NCBI GenBank assembly: GCA_040954595.2
Contig: JBECUI020000039.1
Location: 72,396 to 136,395 of the forward strand
Origin: Balanoglossus misakiensis
Lineage: Eukaryota; Animalia; Hemichordata
Length of the DNA stretch: 64,000 nucleotides
Direction: 5' to 3'
Notes under the pieces: model-generated
The model's database searches: none
Seen by the model: the letters and a program-made list of their open reading frames with translations, nothing else
What the model was told of the DNA's origin: nothing
Position numbers and translations under genes: made by a program
Part shown: positions 28,658-38,700 of the stretch, in pieces
How the letters are laid out: every line of letters begins with the position of its first letter
Numbering within the stretch: the stretch's first letter is position 1

Positions 28658-29601
28658 TTTTCCTGTGCTATAAAATAATCTCGTGAACGAAGCAGCTGAT
28701 CGGTGCTTTGCAAATGATAATCATAACCTGAACGGTTTAGATTGGGTCTTGCAAAGAACTTCGGATTAATTTCCTCGCCTTCGATTTCCGGACTTGTATT
28801 CGTAAATATATCTATGCTATAGGTGGAATTATCGCTTGCTATCATAATTCTGCCGGCTTTCTCTTCATGGGGCTGTGCTAGTTGTAGGTCGCCGCCTTCC
28901 TGATTGATAACCGCCCGAATAAGTCCCTCAACCTTTACTGTATCGGCAACTGTTTGATCATCTTCAAATGTCCACTGAAATGCTCCATCCGCCTGAATAA
29001 GAAGTAGCACCATTGGTGCATCTTCACCTGATGCTATTTCGACGTGCTGAACTGATTGTATCTCGGGTCGGGCAGTGAATAAACGCAGATCAGTCCAATA
29101 AAAATCGTTCTGCTCTACATAGAAATTGAGGTTTCTGCTTACTGATACAATGCCTTCTCGTTGAGAAATGGTCGCATATACGGATTGGCTACCTTCAATG
29201 CTATTGCCGAACTTGAACGACAAGAGTTCATTGTTATCCTTGCCGATAAAAGCAAGAGTTTTTGCTGCATCACCCAAGCCGAAGTTCTCTTCTGCTGTTG
29301 GGCTCTGCGAGACGGTACGGACTCCGCGGAGGTCTTGTAGTGCACTAAAAAGTGTTTCCACTCGGTCCTCGCGGGCGGGAATAAAAGAATTATCCCGATT
29401 CCGATACCAGGCGTCTTCTTTGTACTGCAACTCTAAGTCGTTTACCCGTAAGGCTTGTACATCGTCTTCGTTGAAGCTCAGGGTGAAACGTGTTTCCAGT
29501 TCTCGGGTACGTTGTGCCTCAGGTGAAGTCATAAGACCGATTGACCAAGTAATAGCTAATACTAAACAAATTGATGAAAGGATAATAAGTTTGTTTTTCA
29601 T
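28654..29601 (-). CDS. DUF4340 domain protein
   Basis: N-terminal TM helix, WYRN, VETLFSAL, NFGL, FKFGN..GSQSVY; last gene of the GldAFG-like operon. Confidence 0.75.
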   Translation of the reverse strand: MKNKLIILSSICLVLAITWSIGLMTSPEAQRTRELETRFTLSFNEDDVQALRVNDLELQYKEDAWYRNRDNSFIPAREDRVETLFSALQDLRGVRTVSQSPTAEENFGLGDAAKTLAFIGKDNNELLSFKFGNSIEGSQSVYATISQREGIVSVSRNLNFYVEQNDFYWTDLRLFTARPEIQSVQHVEIASGEDAPMVLLLIQADGAFQWTFEDDQTVADTVKVEGLIRAVINQEGGDLQLAQPHEEKAGRIMIASDNSTYSIDIFTNTSPEIEGEEINPKFFARPNLNRSGYDYHLQSTDQLLRSRDYFIAQEN

Positions 29602-31196
29602 TATTCTGCTCCCGTGCGTACGATTGCTTTATGCCTTCTTCTAATCATACGGATGATACCGTAGATGATAACAAGTGCCGGAATACCTACCATGTTTAAC
29701 CACTCTGCCAATAGTTTTTGAGCTGCAAAACCCTCTGCTTCTTTGTTTAGTTGCAGATTGCGGGTGGCTCGTGTCCGGATTTGCAAAAGATCTTCATCGT
29801 TGGCAAGCCACTCGGTAATGTTCTCGACGAAGGTCATATTGTGTGCTTGTCCCGTAAAACGAATCATACTTGTTGCAAATTGTTGATCTCCAATAACAAC
29901 CAGCCGTGCCTTATCTGTTTTTGCAGATACCTCTGGAGCACCCTCGGGAACGGGGAATTTGTTGTTTCCCGCAATCCCGGTCAAACTACCGGTAATGCTG
30001 ACGGCAAGATCGTAGCGATTTTCTGCCTCTGCGGTACGAAAAGCGTAGTTTTGCTGCGGATCCACGACAAAGTTGTCTTTCATAAGCCATGCACTATCGG
30101 TTGTACTCATAAGCACATTGACTGTCGTTTGTTCAGTGTTGAATATATCGTATTGCACGGACAGGGGACTTGGCCAAAAGAGGTCAAGACCGACAAAGCG
30201 CGCGGTAACCGGATGGGTGGCGTCGACGTTTTCGTTTCGGACCGATACCCAATGCTGATATGGTATGGACTGGGTAATGGTAAAGGCACCGTTTCTCCGA
30301 GTAACGGGAATGGTGCGACTGCTCTGGTCAAGTACCAATGCCGGTTCAACTACAACACCGTAGGCTTGTAATAGTTCGTAATATGGACCGCTATTGACAT
30401 CACCCGCATAGATAACGGAAGCACGTGGGTCAATATTTACATCGACTCCGTCAACACAGAGCATGGCGGGACCGCCTTGCATAATGAAACTGTTGAGATA
30501 ATAGACAGCATCGTAGTCAAAGTTCGGCGAACCGAACACTATTACTGCATCAACATCGGGGGGAATTTCTTCTCCTATTGGGATGTCGCGTACGGAAAAA
30601 TTCTGCTGTAAGACCTGCCTGAGGGTGTCTAGGTTATTAAAATCGTTGCGCTCATCACCATCGGTGAGCAGACCAACAACTCTTTCATCTTCGCGGACTA
30701 GACTTCGTATGGTCGAAGTAAGCTGATATTCAAGGGTTGTTATGTCAAAGACAACGGGGATAACTTCTTTTCTTCCCTGGTAGTGAAGAAGGATACCGGT
30801 ATATACGACTGCAACGCTCTGCTGATCTTCTTCGACAACCTGTATTTGCTGCGGGGCAATGCCAAGCTGCTCTACCTCAGTTACAATGTTTGCCTGTACT
30901 GGATCAACAATATCTACCTGTATATTGCCCTTCCCATAGGCGGCATACTCGTACAAAAGATCGACAACCAGCTCGGTCTCGGCGGCACGAGTACGGAGGC
31001 GTTCCGACAAGTAATAGGTAATGAACAGGGAATCGGTAAACTCTTCCGATAAATTCTTGGAAACATCGGCTATACTGAATACCTTATTTTGTGTCATGTC
31101 AATGCGAGAAAAATAGGTGCTGCTGTTTAGCGCAATAAAGACGGTAAGTGCTACCGTTAAAACAATTAAAATTCGTTGACGTGTTTTCTTGGTCAT
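29601..31196 (-). CDS. GldG-family ABC transporter substrate-binding/auxiliary protein
   Basis: RIDMTQNKVFSI, DLLYEY, LEYQLTSTI, FIMQGG, NMTFVENITEWLANDEDLLQIRTR. Start placed at the ATG after the GGAG RBS. Confidence 0.85.
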   Translation of the reverse strand: MTKKTRQRILIVLTVALTVFIALNSSTYFSRIDMTQNKVFSIADVSKNLSEEFTDSLFITYYLSERLRTRAAETELVVDLLYEYAAYGKGNIQVDIVDPVQANIVTEVEQLGIAPQQIQVVEEDQQSVAVVYTGILLHYQGRKEVIPVVFDITTLEYQLTSTIRSLVREDERVVGLLTDGDERNDFNNLDTLRQVLQQNFSVRDIPIGEEIPPDVDAVIVFGSPNFDYDAVYYLNSFIMQGGPAMLCVDGVDVNIDPRASVIYAGDVNSGPYYELLQAYGVVVEPALVLDQSSRTIPVTRRNGAFTITQSIPYQHWVSVRNENVDATHPVTARFVGLDLFWPSPLSVQYDIFNTEQTTVNVLMSTTDSAWLMKDNFVVDPQQNYAFRTAEAENRYDLAVSITGSLTGIAGNNKFPVPEGAPEVSAKTDKARLVVIGDQQFATSMIRFTGQAHNMTFVENITEWLANDEDLLQIRTRATRNLQLNKEAEGFAAQKLLAEWLNMVGIPALVIIYGIIRMIRRRHKAIVRTGAE

Positions 31197-31201
31197 TGTT
31201 C

Positions 31202-31918
31202 CTATCTCCACTTTCTAAATTCAATGGTACGTACGGTGGCAAAGAGTGCCAAAAATACGGTGAGACAATAAAAGACAACATCCCGTGTATCAATGAGCCC
31301 ACGAAGAAGACTGCGATAATGCTCATCGAAGGAAAGATAACGTAATGTGTCCGCCAGCCATTGCGGCATATCTACCATAGCGGCAACATTACCGATGAGT
31401 GTTGCAATTAATAAAAACAATACGGTTATAATAAATGCCGATATCTGATTCTTTGAAACTGCCGATATGAACAGCCCTACACTGAGTCCTGCCATGCCAA
31501 GGAATGCCATGCCAAGGTATTCACCGACAATTTCCCCGAGTTCAAATTCTCCAAGCGGAATAATGGTGAGGGGAACGGGCAGTGTTAATACAATCATAAT
31601 GAAAAATAACAGTACTGCCGCAAAGAACTTCCCTAATACCAGATGCCATTCAGCAAAGGGCAAGGTAAGAAGTAACTCGGCTGTGCCGGATTTCTGTTCT
31701 TCCGCCCAGATGCGCATGGTAATGGCGGGGAGCAGAAAAACAAAAACTAACGGCATGGTGCCAAAATATCCCCTCAGGGTCGCTGTTCCTTGAATGAAAT
31801 AACGTTGGAAGACAAAGAAGAGCACGGAGACTGCAACGAGAAAGAACGTTACCGCAATATATGCTATCGGTGAATTAAAATATGAACGCAGCTCTTTACG
31901 AATAATAATAGAAATCAT
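31202..31918 (-). CDS. ABC transporter permease (GldF-like)
   Basis: KELRSYFNSPIAY, PAITMRIWAEEQKSGTAELLLTLP, LVLGKF, RGLIDTRDV. Confidence 0.9.
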   Translation of the reverse strand: MISIIIRKELRSYFNSPIAYIAVTFFLVAVSVLFFVFQRYFIQGTATLRGYFGTMPLVFVFLLPAITMRIWAEEQKSGTAELLLTLPFAEWHLVLGKFFAAVLLFFIMIVLTLPVPLTIIPLGEFELGEIVGEYLGMAFLGMAGLSVGLFISAVSKNQISAFIITVLFLLIATLIGNVAAMVDMPQWLADTLRYLSFDEHYRSLLRGLIDTRDVVFYCLTVFLALFATVRTIEFRKWR

Positions 31919-32850
31919 ACTTTTTCTCCTTTTGTCAGCTTGGTAAAGGTTGATTCCAAACTCTCCCGCTCTCGTTCAAGCCGTAAGAGTTTCAATTTCT
32001 TTTCTACTGCCCAATCGAATATCTGCTCAGCAGGATTTTTCTTGGAACTGCACATAAACTTGAGATCGCTAATTGAACTATCCTGCTGTACCAGATGGGC
32101 TGATAATAGCGATGTGAATTCTTTGATGCTCCGCTCAAGGTTCTTCGGTATGCGGCCTTTTGTCGTAACATGATATACGACATCGCCCTGCGTTTGCATG
32201 GATATTTCTTCAGGTGTGCCTGAAGCTACCACCTTGCCTTCGTTCATAATGAGTACCCGATCACAGAGCACTTCAACTTCCTGCATGATATGGGTTGAGA
32301 GAATAACGGTTCGGGAACTTCCTAGATTTCGAACCACTTCCCGTATCTCCATAATTTGGTTGGGATCCAGACCGGAGGTTGGTTCATCGAGAATGACAAC
32401 CTCAGGATCGTGAATTAATGCCTGTGCAAGACCGACTCGCTGCCGATATCCCTTTGAGAGCTCATCGATGGGGCGGTGTAAGACCGCACCCAGTGTGCAG
32501 AGCTGTTGCACATGATTAATGGCTTCTTTTTTCTTGCGCAAGCGCCGTGTGCCTGCCACAAATTCAAGATACTCATACACTGTCAGATCGTCATAAAGTG
32601 GCGTGCTTTCGGGAAGATAGCCAATACGTTTCTTTGCGCGTATGGGCTCATCAACAACATCTATATCACAAATCCGAGCCTCGCCGGAACTTGGAAAATG
32701 ATACCCGGTAAGAACCCGTAGAAGACTTGTTTTCCCAGCACCATTGGGACCAAGCAAGCCTACTATTTCCCCACTCCGAACGGTAAAAGAAACTCCTCGA
32801 ATTGCTTGAACTGACCCATAATGCTTGGATACATTCTTAACTTCAATCAT
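31915..32850 (-). CDS. ABC transporter ATP-binding protein (GldA-like)
   Basis: GPNGAGKT, LSKGYRQRVGLAQA, ILDEPTSGLDPNQ. Confidence 0.93.
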   Translation of the reverse strand: MIEVKNVSKHYGSVQAIRGVSFTVRSGEIVGLLGPNGAGKTSLLRVLTGYHFPSSGEARICDIDVVDEPIRAKKRIGYLPESTPLYDDLTVYEYLEFVAGTRRLRKKKEAINHVQQLCTLGAVLHRPIDELSKGYRQRVGLAQALIHDPEVVILDEPTSGLDPNQIMEIREVVRNLGSSRTVILSTHIMQEVEVLCDRVLIMNEGKVVASGTPEEISMQTQGDVVYHVTTKGRIPKNLERSIKEFTSLLSAHLVQQDSSISDLKFMCSSKKNPAEQIFDWAVEKKLKLLRLERERESLESTFTKLTKGEKV

Positions 32851-32887
32851 AATAGTACCTCATTTATAATGTTTTATTTTTCTATAT

Positions 32888-33829
32888 TTATTCGTTACTA
32901 TACGGTATAGGGATAGTCATACGATCACGAAGACAGAATGCTTCTGGAAATATTTCCTGCGCTTCCTGTGCCAACTGTTTGAGCTGCCCATTCGTATATC
33001 GCGGACTAAAATGAATGAGTCCCATACGTTTTACACCACCTGCTTTTACCGCAATCCGAGCGGCTTGCTGTGCTGTCATGTGTCGCTTATTATGTGCAGT
33101 CTCTTCACAATCGTTCGCAAACATTCCCTCGCAAACAAATAAGTCTGAATTGTACACTTCATCTGCAATTGTGTCAATAGGAAGACTATCGGTAACATAG
33201 GAAAACTTTCTGCCCTGTCGCGATTCTCCTAATACTTGGTCAGGGGTGATAATTCTGCCATCGGGTAATTCGACATTCTTCCCATGCTGCAAAATTGACC
33301 AAAACGGACCACGCTCTACGCCAAGTTCTATTGCCTTCTCGGGATTAAAGTTTCCCGGGCGTTTTCTTTCTTCCAGTATATAACCGACACAGATGCGGGA
33401 ATGGCGTAAGGGGATGGAACGGATGCTATAGCTCTCGTGTTCCCAGACGACTTGCCCTAAATCATTGGTGTTCAACTCCTGAACAATTATTTCAAAGTTA
33501 ATGTACATTTCTAGTACTTTGCGACTCATTTCCACGAACTCTTTAATACGAGGCGGACCTATAATGTACAGTGGTTCATCGCGATTCACCTGCGAAGATA
33601 GCATAAGCATACCGGGCAGTCCGGTAATATGGTCGGCATGGGTATGGGAAATAAAGATTGCATGTATCTTTTTCCACTTGAGATTCAATGCTCGAAGAGA
33701 GACCTGTGTGCCCTCGCCGCAGTCAAATAAAAAGACTTCTCCCTCTCGTCGCAACATGACTGAAGTAAGACCACGATTAGGTAAGGGCATACTCCCTCCG
33801 GTACCGAGAATAAAGGCTTCGAGATTCAT
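32888..33829 (-). CDS. rnz: Ribonuclease Z
   Basis: LGTGGSMP, FDCGEGTQ, SHTHADHITG, exosite GVERGP, HMTA, IHFSPRY. Confidence 0.95.
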   Translation of the reverse strand: MNLEAFILGTGGSMPLPNRGLTSVMLRREGEVFLFDCGEGTQVSLRALNLKWKKIHAIFISHTHADHITGLPGMLMLSSQVNRDEPLYIIGPPRIKEFVEMSRKVLEMYINFEIIVQELNTNDLGQVVWEHESYSIRSIPLRHSRICVGYILEERKRPGNFNPEKAIELGVERGPFWSILQHGKNVELPDGRIITPDQVLGESRQGRKFSYVTDSLPIDTIADEVYNSDLFVCEGMFANDCEETAHNKRHMTAQQAARIAVKAGGVKRMGLIHFSPRYTNGQLKQLAQEAQEIFPEAFCLRDRMTIPIPYSNE

Positions 33830-33833
33830 CTGT

Positions 33834-34997
33834 TTATACTTCTACTTCCTGCGTATAGTCAACGGAATTATATCCGAATCCATGAAGATGCAGAAAATCA
33901 CGCTTAAAATGTTCCCAATCTGCAAGAGAATCGAGATTATCAGCATTGATCTTTGCCCAATTCTCCTCCACTGCCTTCTGTACGTCATCTTGCATTTCCC
34001 AATCATCAATCCGTATTCGTCCCTCAGTATCAACTGGAACGGTTCCGCTGTACAGTCGGTCGCGGAACAGACGGTATATCTGCATAATACAGTCTTCATG
34101 CAAATTTTTCTGTTTCATTATTTTGAAGAGTACGGATAAATACAGGGGGACAACGGGTATGACAGCACTTGCACGGGTAACTACTGCCTTGTTAACCGAT
34201 ACATAGGCGGCACCGCCTACCTTCTTCCGTAATACATCAGTTAATGTGCGGGCAGTCTGTTCCAGGTCTGCCTTTGCCTTGCCTATTGTTCCATCCCGAT
34301 AGAGGGGACGGGTTAGATCCGGGCCGATGTACGAATAGGTGAGAACCTGTGCACCGGGTGCCATTACCTCTGCATCGAGCAAGGCATTGGTCCATAGTTT
34401 CCAGTCAGCACCGCCCATAACCTGCACTGTTTGCCGGATTTCGTCTTCGGTCGCCGGCCCCACCTCTATTTCACGTAGGATTCCAGTGGTGTCTATACTC
34501 TGTGCCCGGTATTGCTGTCCAATGGTCTTTAATACCGAGGTGTAGCGCTCGCCGGTGTCAGGGTCGATACGAACACCAGATGCCAGACTGTATATAAACA
34601 GATCAATCTGTCCCATCTTGCTGCGTATCTCTTCGATAACCCGTTGCTTCGTTTCATGCGAAAAGGCATCGTCTATAATGGTCGTATGTGTACCCTCCGT
34701 AGATGATGCTTCTTGCTCAAATGCCTTGTTTGTGTACCACCCGGCACTTGCTGTGCGCGTTCCCTGTGCGGGGCGTTCAAATGCCACACCAAGGGTGTTT
34801 GCTTGCATCGCGAATGCTGCCGCAATGCGACTTGCCAGTCCATATCCCATAGATGAACCAACAACTAATACATTGCGCCCACCCTGTATAGGCGGAAGGG
34901 ACTTTACATACTGCACCTGTTCCCGAACAAGCTCGCGGCAACCAAGTGGATGCGCATTGAGACATATATTGTTTCTAATTTTTGCTTCTACTATCAT
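33834..34997 (-). CDS. fabV: Enoyl-ACP reductase FabV / trans-2-enoyl-CoA reductase
   Basis: AHPLGC, GSSMGYGLASRI, YSLAS, VMGGADW, YSYIGP..T.PLYRDGTIGKAK, KAVVTRASAVIP. Confidence 0.95.
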   Translation of the reverse strand: MIVEAKIRNNICLNAHPLGCRELVREQVQYVKSLPPIQGGRNVLVVGSSMGYGLASRIAAAFAMQANTLGVAFERPAQGTRTASAGWYTNKAFEQEASSTEGTHTTIIDDAFSHETKQRVIEEIRSKMGQIDLFIYSLASGVRIDPDTGERYTSVLKTIGQQYRAQSIDTTGILREIEVGPATEDEIRQTVQVMGGADWKLWTNALLDAEVMAPGAQVLTYSYIGPDLTRPLYRDGTIGKAKADLEQTARTLTDVLRKKVGGAAYVSVNKAVVTRASAVIPVVPLYLSVLFKIMKQKNLHEDCIMQIYRLFRDRLYSGTVPVDTEGRIRIDDWEMQDDVQKAVEENWAKINADNLDSLADWEHFKRDFLHLHGFGYNSVDYTQEVEV

Positions 34998-35246
34998 AAT
35001 GATTCCTAATAATAGTATATCTATTCAATGGTGATAAAGACAAGTGGAAATGAAGTCTAGCAAAAACAATATACAAGAATACACGGATATCCATTGCTTC
35101 CTGTATTTATTTTGGTATTGCCTTTCTGTAATTTCTTATTTTCTTATTGTTTTGTTGTTATCTTGTGCTGTCTGTTCTGCTGTCTGTTCGCTTCTTAATA
35201 CGCAGTGTTCAATTGGTGCATGCAGAGTAATTCTATTTAAGAGTTA

Positions 35247-35646
35247 AAACCTCAAGCAAACGCACACTTTTCGTGGTAATTATTGATACCACCCCTAAAT
35301 GGGTGGGGGTTGTGGATGGGGGGCTTATACTAAAATTTTAAGTATAAATTTAAGTTAAAATTATCAGAAGAACCCACCCCGACTTGAAAAAATCTCCGCA
35401 CAAACTTCAATCAAACAGCCACGTTTTGTGGTAGTTATTGATGCCGCCCCTGATGGGTGGGGGCTGTGGATGGCGGGGCTTATACAAAAATTTTAAGTAT
35501 AAATTTAAGTAAAAATTGTGAAATGCCCCTTTACTGACACTAATCTCCCGCGCAAACTTCAAGCAAAGGGGCAGGTTTTGTGGTAATTATTGATACCGCC
35601 CCTGATGGGTGGGGGCTGTGGATGGCGGGGCTTATACAAAAAAAGT
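35247..35646 (+). repeat. Array 1 of the ~154-bp non-coding repeat (units U1-U3)
   Basis: Units start at 35247, 35402 and 35554 (periods 155, 152). Consensus AAACTTCAAKCAAA-N-TTTYGYRGTA-N8-TACCRCCCCTGATGGGTGGGGGYTGTGGATGGCGGRGCTYATAC-AAAATTTTAAGTATAA. Confidence 0.95.
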
Positions 35647-35698
35647 AGATGAAATAATGAATGGAAACCCATCACAAAACTTCACCTACTCCTTCCAC

Positions 35699-35734
35699 AA
35701 ACAAAGCAAACCCCTCTCCTTGGTGGAAAGGGGC
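35699..35734 (-). terminator. Intrinsic terminator of giant lipoprotein gene A
   Basis: Minus strand CCCCTTTCC-ACCAA-GGAGAGGGG followed by TTTGCTTTGTTT, ~18 nt after the stop. Confidence 0.7.
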
Positions 35735-35751
35735 TGGAGCGTATTTTGTAC

Positions 35752-38700
35752 TTATTCTTCCTTATACTCGGGCTGATCGCCAAAGTAGCGTTTGTCATCC
35801 GTATCCCAGAGGTTTGGTGCTTTGCCGTTCCCCAACCAGACCCAGTCTCCCAAATGCTCATCTGTTCCTCCTGTGCTCTGATGAATGGTAAACCCATTTG
35901 TATTCGTAAAGAGTTGTGTACCGGCAGTTGTGGTGGTAGAATCGCCATCGTCGTCCCAGTAGGTATACGGATCGTCGGTTGTGCCCAACCCTCGTCTTTC
36001 AAGACTGCTCTCACTCGTCAGCGGTCCATATTCGGAAGCTTTCAAAATATCTGATGAAGTTATGCCTTTATTAGCATCCAATCCGGTAGTAGCTAAACTA
36101 AAATAGCCATATACTTCCAGACCCTGTCCATATGAAATAGAACCTCCCAACCCTCCGGTATTTTCTCGCGCAGCTCCTGTTCTTGTAATAAAGGAAAGTC
36201 CTGTCAGTAGCTCTGAAAGCTCAATATTTCCGGCTAAGCCACCACTGTAGTAGTAATGGCGTTCACCCCTTGCATCTATCGTGGCAGTGCTATATCCAAT
36301 AACGCTAGTTCCCATAAGTCCTACCAGTCCCCCAATATCGGTGACCCCGCTCACTGTTCCTCTTGAATAGCCGTAGACGGTGCCCACCCCGTTGAATCCG
36401 ACAAGCCCTCCTACATGCTCCTCACCAGTAATATTTCCAAGCGAGTAGCCAATAGTAGGACCAGAATCTCCGGAATTGACTATTCCCACAAGACCCCCTA
36501 CATAATCTCCTCCATAGACATCCCCGCTTGTCCAGCCTTCCACCTGTGCATTCTCGGCATAGCCCACAAGTCCGCCAACGACACCCCCACTTGCACCATT
36601 CACATTTCCTGTATTTTCTCCCCTGTACAAACTCATGCCATTACTGTATCCCATTATGCCCCCGATATGAGTACCAGAAACATAGGAAATAGTTAATGTT
36701 CCACCATTTGTTTCTACAACTGTTTTTGGATTCGTTACCCGAACACGAATGGATTCTACGGTCCCACTTCTTCCTTCCCCTGCAAGAACCCCTGCTCCCG
36801 CCCGTGCTCTCACTGAAGGATCAATAAAAACAAGATTGCTTGCAACATTTCCCGTAGCTACCCCGAAGAGTCCTGCTCGAATTCTGGTTACATCGTCTAT
36901 GACAAAGTTTCGAATAACATATCCTGTTCCTCCGCTCAAACTTCCCGTAAAGGTCGTCGTTGTATCTCCAACTGGAATAAATCCAGTAGTTGCCAGTCCG
37001 ATTGTTCCCTTAGTTGGAAAGTCGATATCCGATTTCAGTTCGTATGCACCATCCAGCTTGTCTGCCATTGCCTGAAGGTCTCGCCATGTGTAAATATCCC
37101 CGTCCCCACTCTTTGCTATCGAAACTGTCTTACTGTCGGAATTACTCCCGTCGGTTACACTGATCGTTATCTGAACCGTTGTTATTCCGCTCAAGGCCGC
37201 CCAGTTCCAATCAATGCTTTGCTGATTTGCTCCTATCGGACCTATGCCGACATTCCCTGCCGTATCTACCGTAACCGTATCTGCTGTATCTGCGCTATCG
37301 TACAAGGTATTGCTTCCATCTTCTATCACCAGCCTTGCTGTTATTCCCGTTCCAGTACTATCTGCAAGACTAACAAGGAATGGATTGGCAATATCTCCTA
37401 TGCTAAAGTATGCCTGTGATGCTACATTAAAGTTTCCTTTGTATATCAGATTACTGTCTCCGACATAGAGATACAGATCAACTGATTGTTCCACATAGTT
37501 GTCCGTGGAGAGGGTAACGTGCAGTTGGTATCCACCCGGAACGGTGGTATCATCCACCGTTATTTCCCCCGTTCCTGCATTGATACTTATACCCGAGATA
37601 GAAGGAGTCATGCTGTATCCTATTGTTCCGCTATCGGCGGGAATGTCATTTGTTTGCAGTGAATAACTCGTTGTGCTTCCGGTATTTCCCGGTGCTCGGG
37701 CAAGAATGCCGTAAGCGAATGCATTGTCGGGAAGTGAAATTTTTGCTACCGTTCCTGAAAGAACTGCCATTATGGCACCGCTATAGCTACTATTGCTCGC
37801 TTCTATCCGGATCTCATATATTCCAGCTTGTGCAGTGGTACTTATTGTTATTATCCCAGCTGCATCGATTGTTATTATCCCTGTATAAGAGGGAATATCA
37901 ATGTCGTTTCGGCGTACCGATGTAATACGGTAACTCAAGAGATCGGCTGTTAATCCGCTTGGCAGATCTGCCACCGTTGGCGTGTAGGTTTTTGGATCTG
38001 CATCGTTATACGGATGATCAATAACCGGATAACTCATGGAGCCGGTTATGGCATTTGCTTCCACAACAGTAATAACAAGGTTGATAGTAAGTGTTCCGCC
38101 ATAATTGCTGGTTGTCGGGGTTGCAGTTACCTGAACCGGATATGTTGCAGGTAAAAGCGAATCCGCAACCTGTATTGTTCCGTCTGCATCAATGCTTATA
38201 CCAACGGGAAGACTACCTGAAAGGGCAGTAATGCTATACGTCGCAGCCGCTGCAGAAGGAATGGTATTTACACTCGGATGATAGGATTGTGCAACGCCCT
38301 CTCGTGCATCGGCAAGGGGTCCGTATTCCATGCGGTAATTGCTTAGCTGGATTGCTGTTATTCTTACCTCTGCATTGACAATTATTTCTCCCCAATAGTT
38401 GTTACGGGTTATTCTCGTCTCTATCTGATAGATACCTATCGGAACAGTATTAGCTATACTAAGGAGTCCATAGCGATAAGCGGACACTCCTTGGGCATAA
38501 TTCTGAACTGAAAATCCTGATTGTTGCGGGGTAACACTGGAAAGCTGATACCTCCATTGGCTGGCTTGTTGAACATTCCCCAAGCCATCTTTTTGTAAGT
38601 TGTAGGATGCGCTTGCAGTACCGTAGACTTTCGAAATGGGTTGATCGTAATATGGCAGGTCAGCTACCGGTATATTAAGGACTCTTTGCGTTTGCACAGC

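Noticed and set aside
28654-32850. Gliding-motility system
   Set aside because: GldA/F/G-like ABC modules with DUF4340 are widespread outside Bacteroidota, and no other gld/spr genes are present.
29751-34139. Long antisense ORFs (e.g. 29751..30371, 33501..34139) and other short overlapping ORFs in the track
   Set aside because: They lie opposite or inside well-supported genes and have no recognisable motifs or RBS.
35166-35189. 12-bp direct repeat TGCTGTCTGTTC x2 at the island's left edge as a target-site duplication
   Set aside because: The copies are adjacent, and I found no counterpart at the right edge near 56.2 kb.
35334-35362. dif/pdif (XerCD) site in the AT-rich part of the unit
   Set aside because: TTAAGTTAAAA resembles a XerD arm, but no XerC-like arm ending in ATAA lies 6 bp away.
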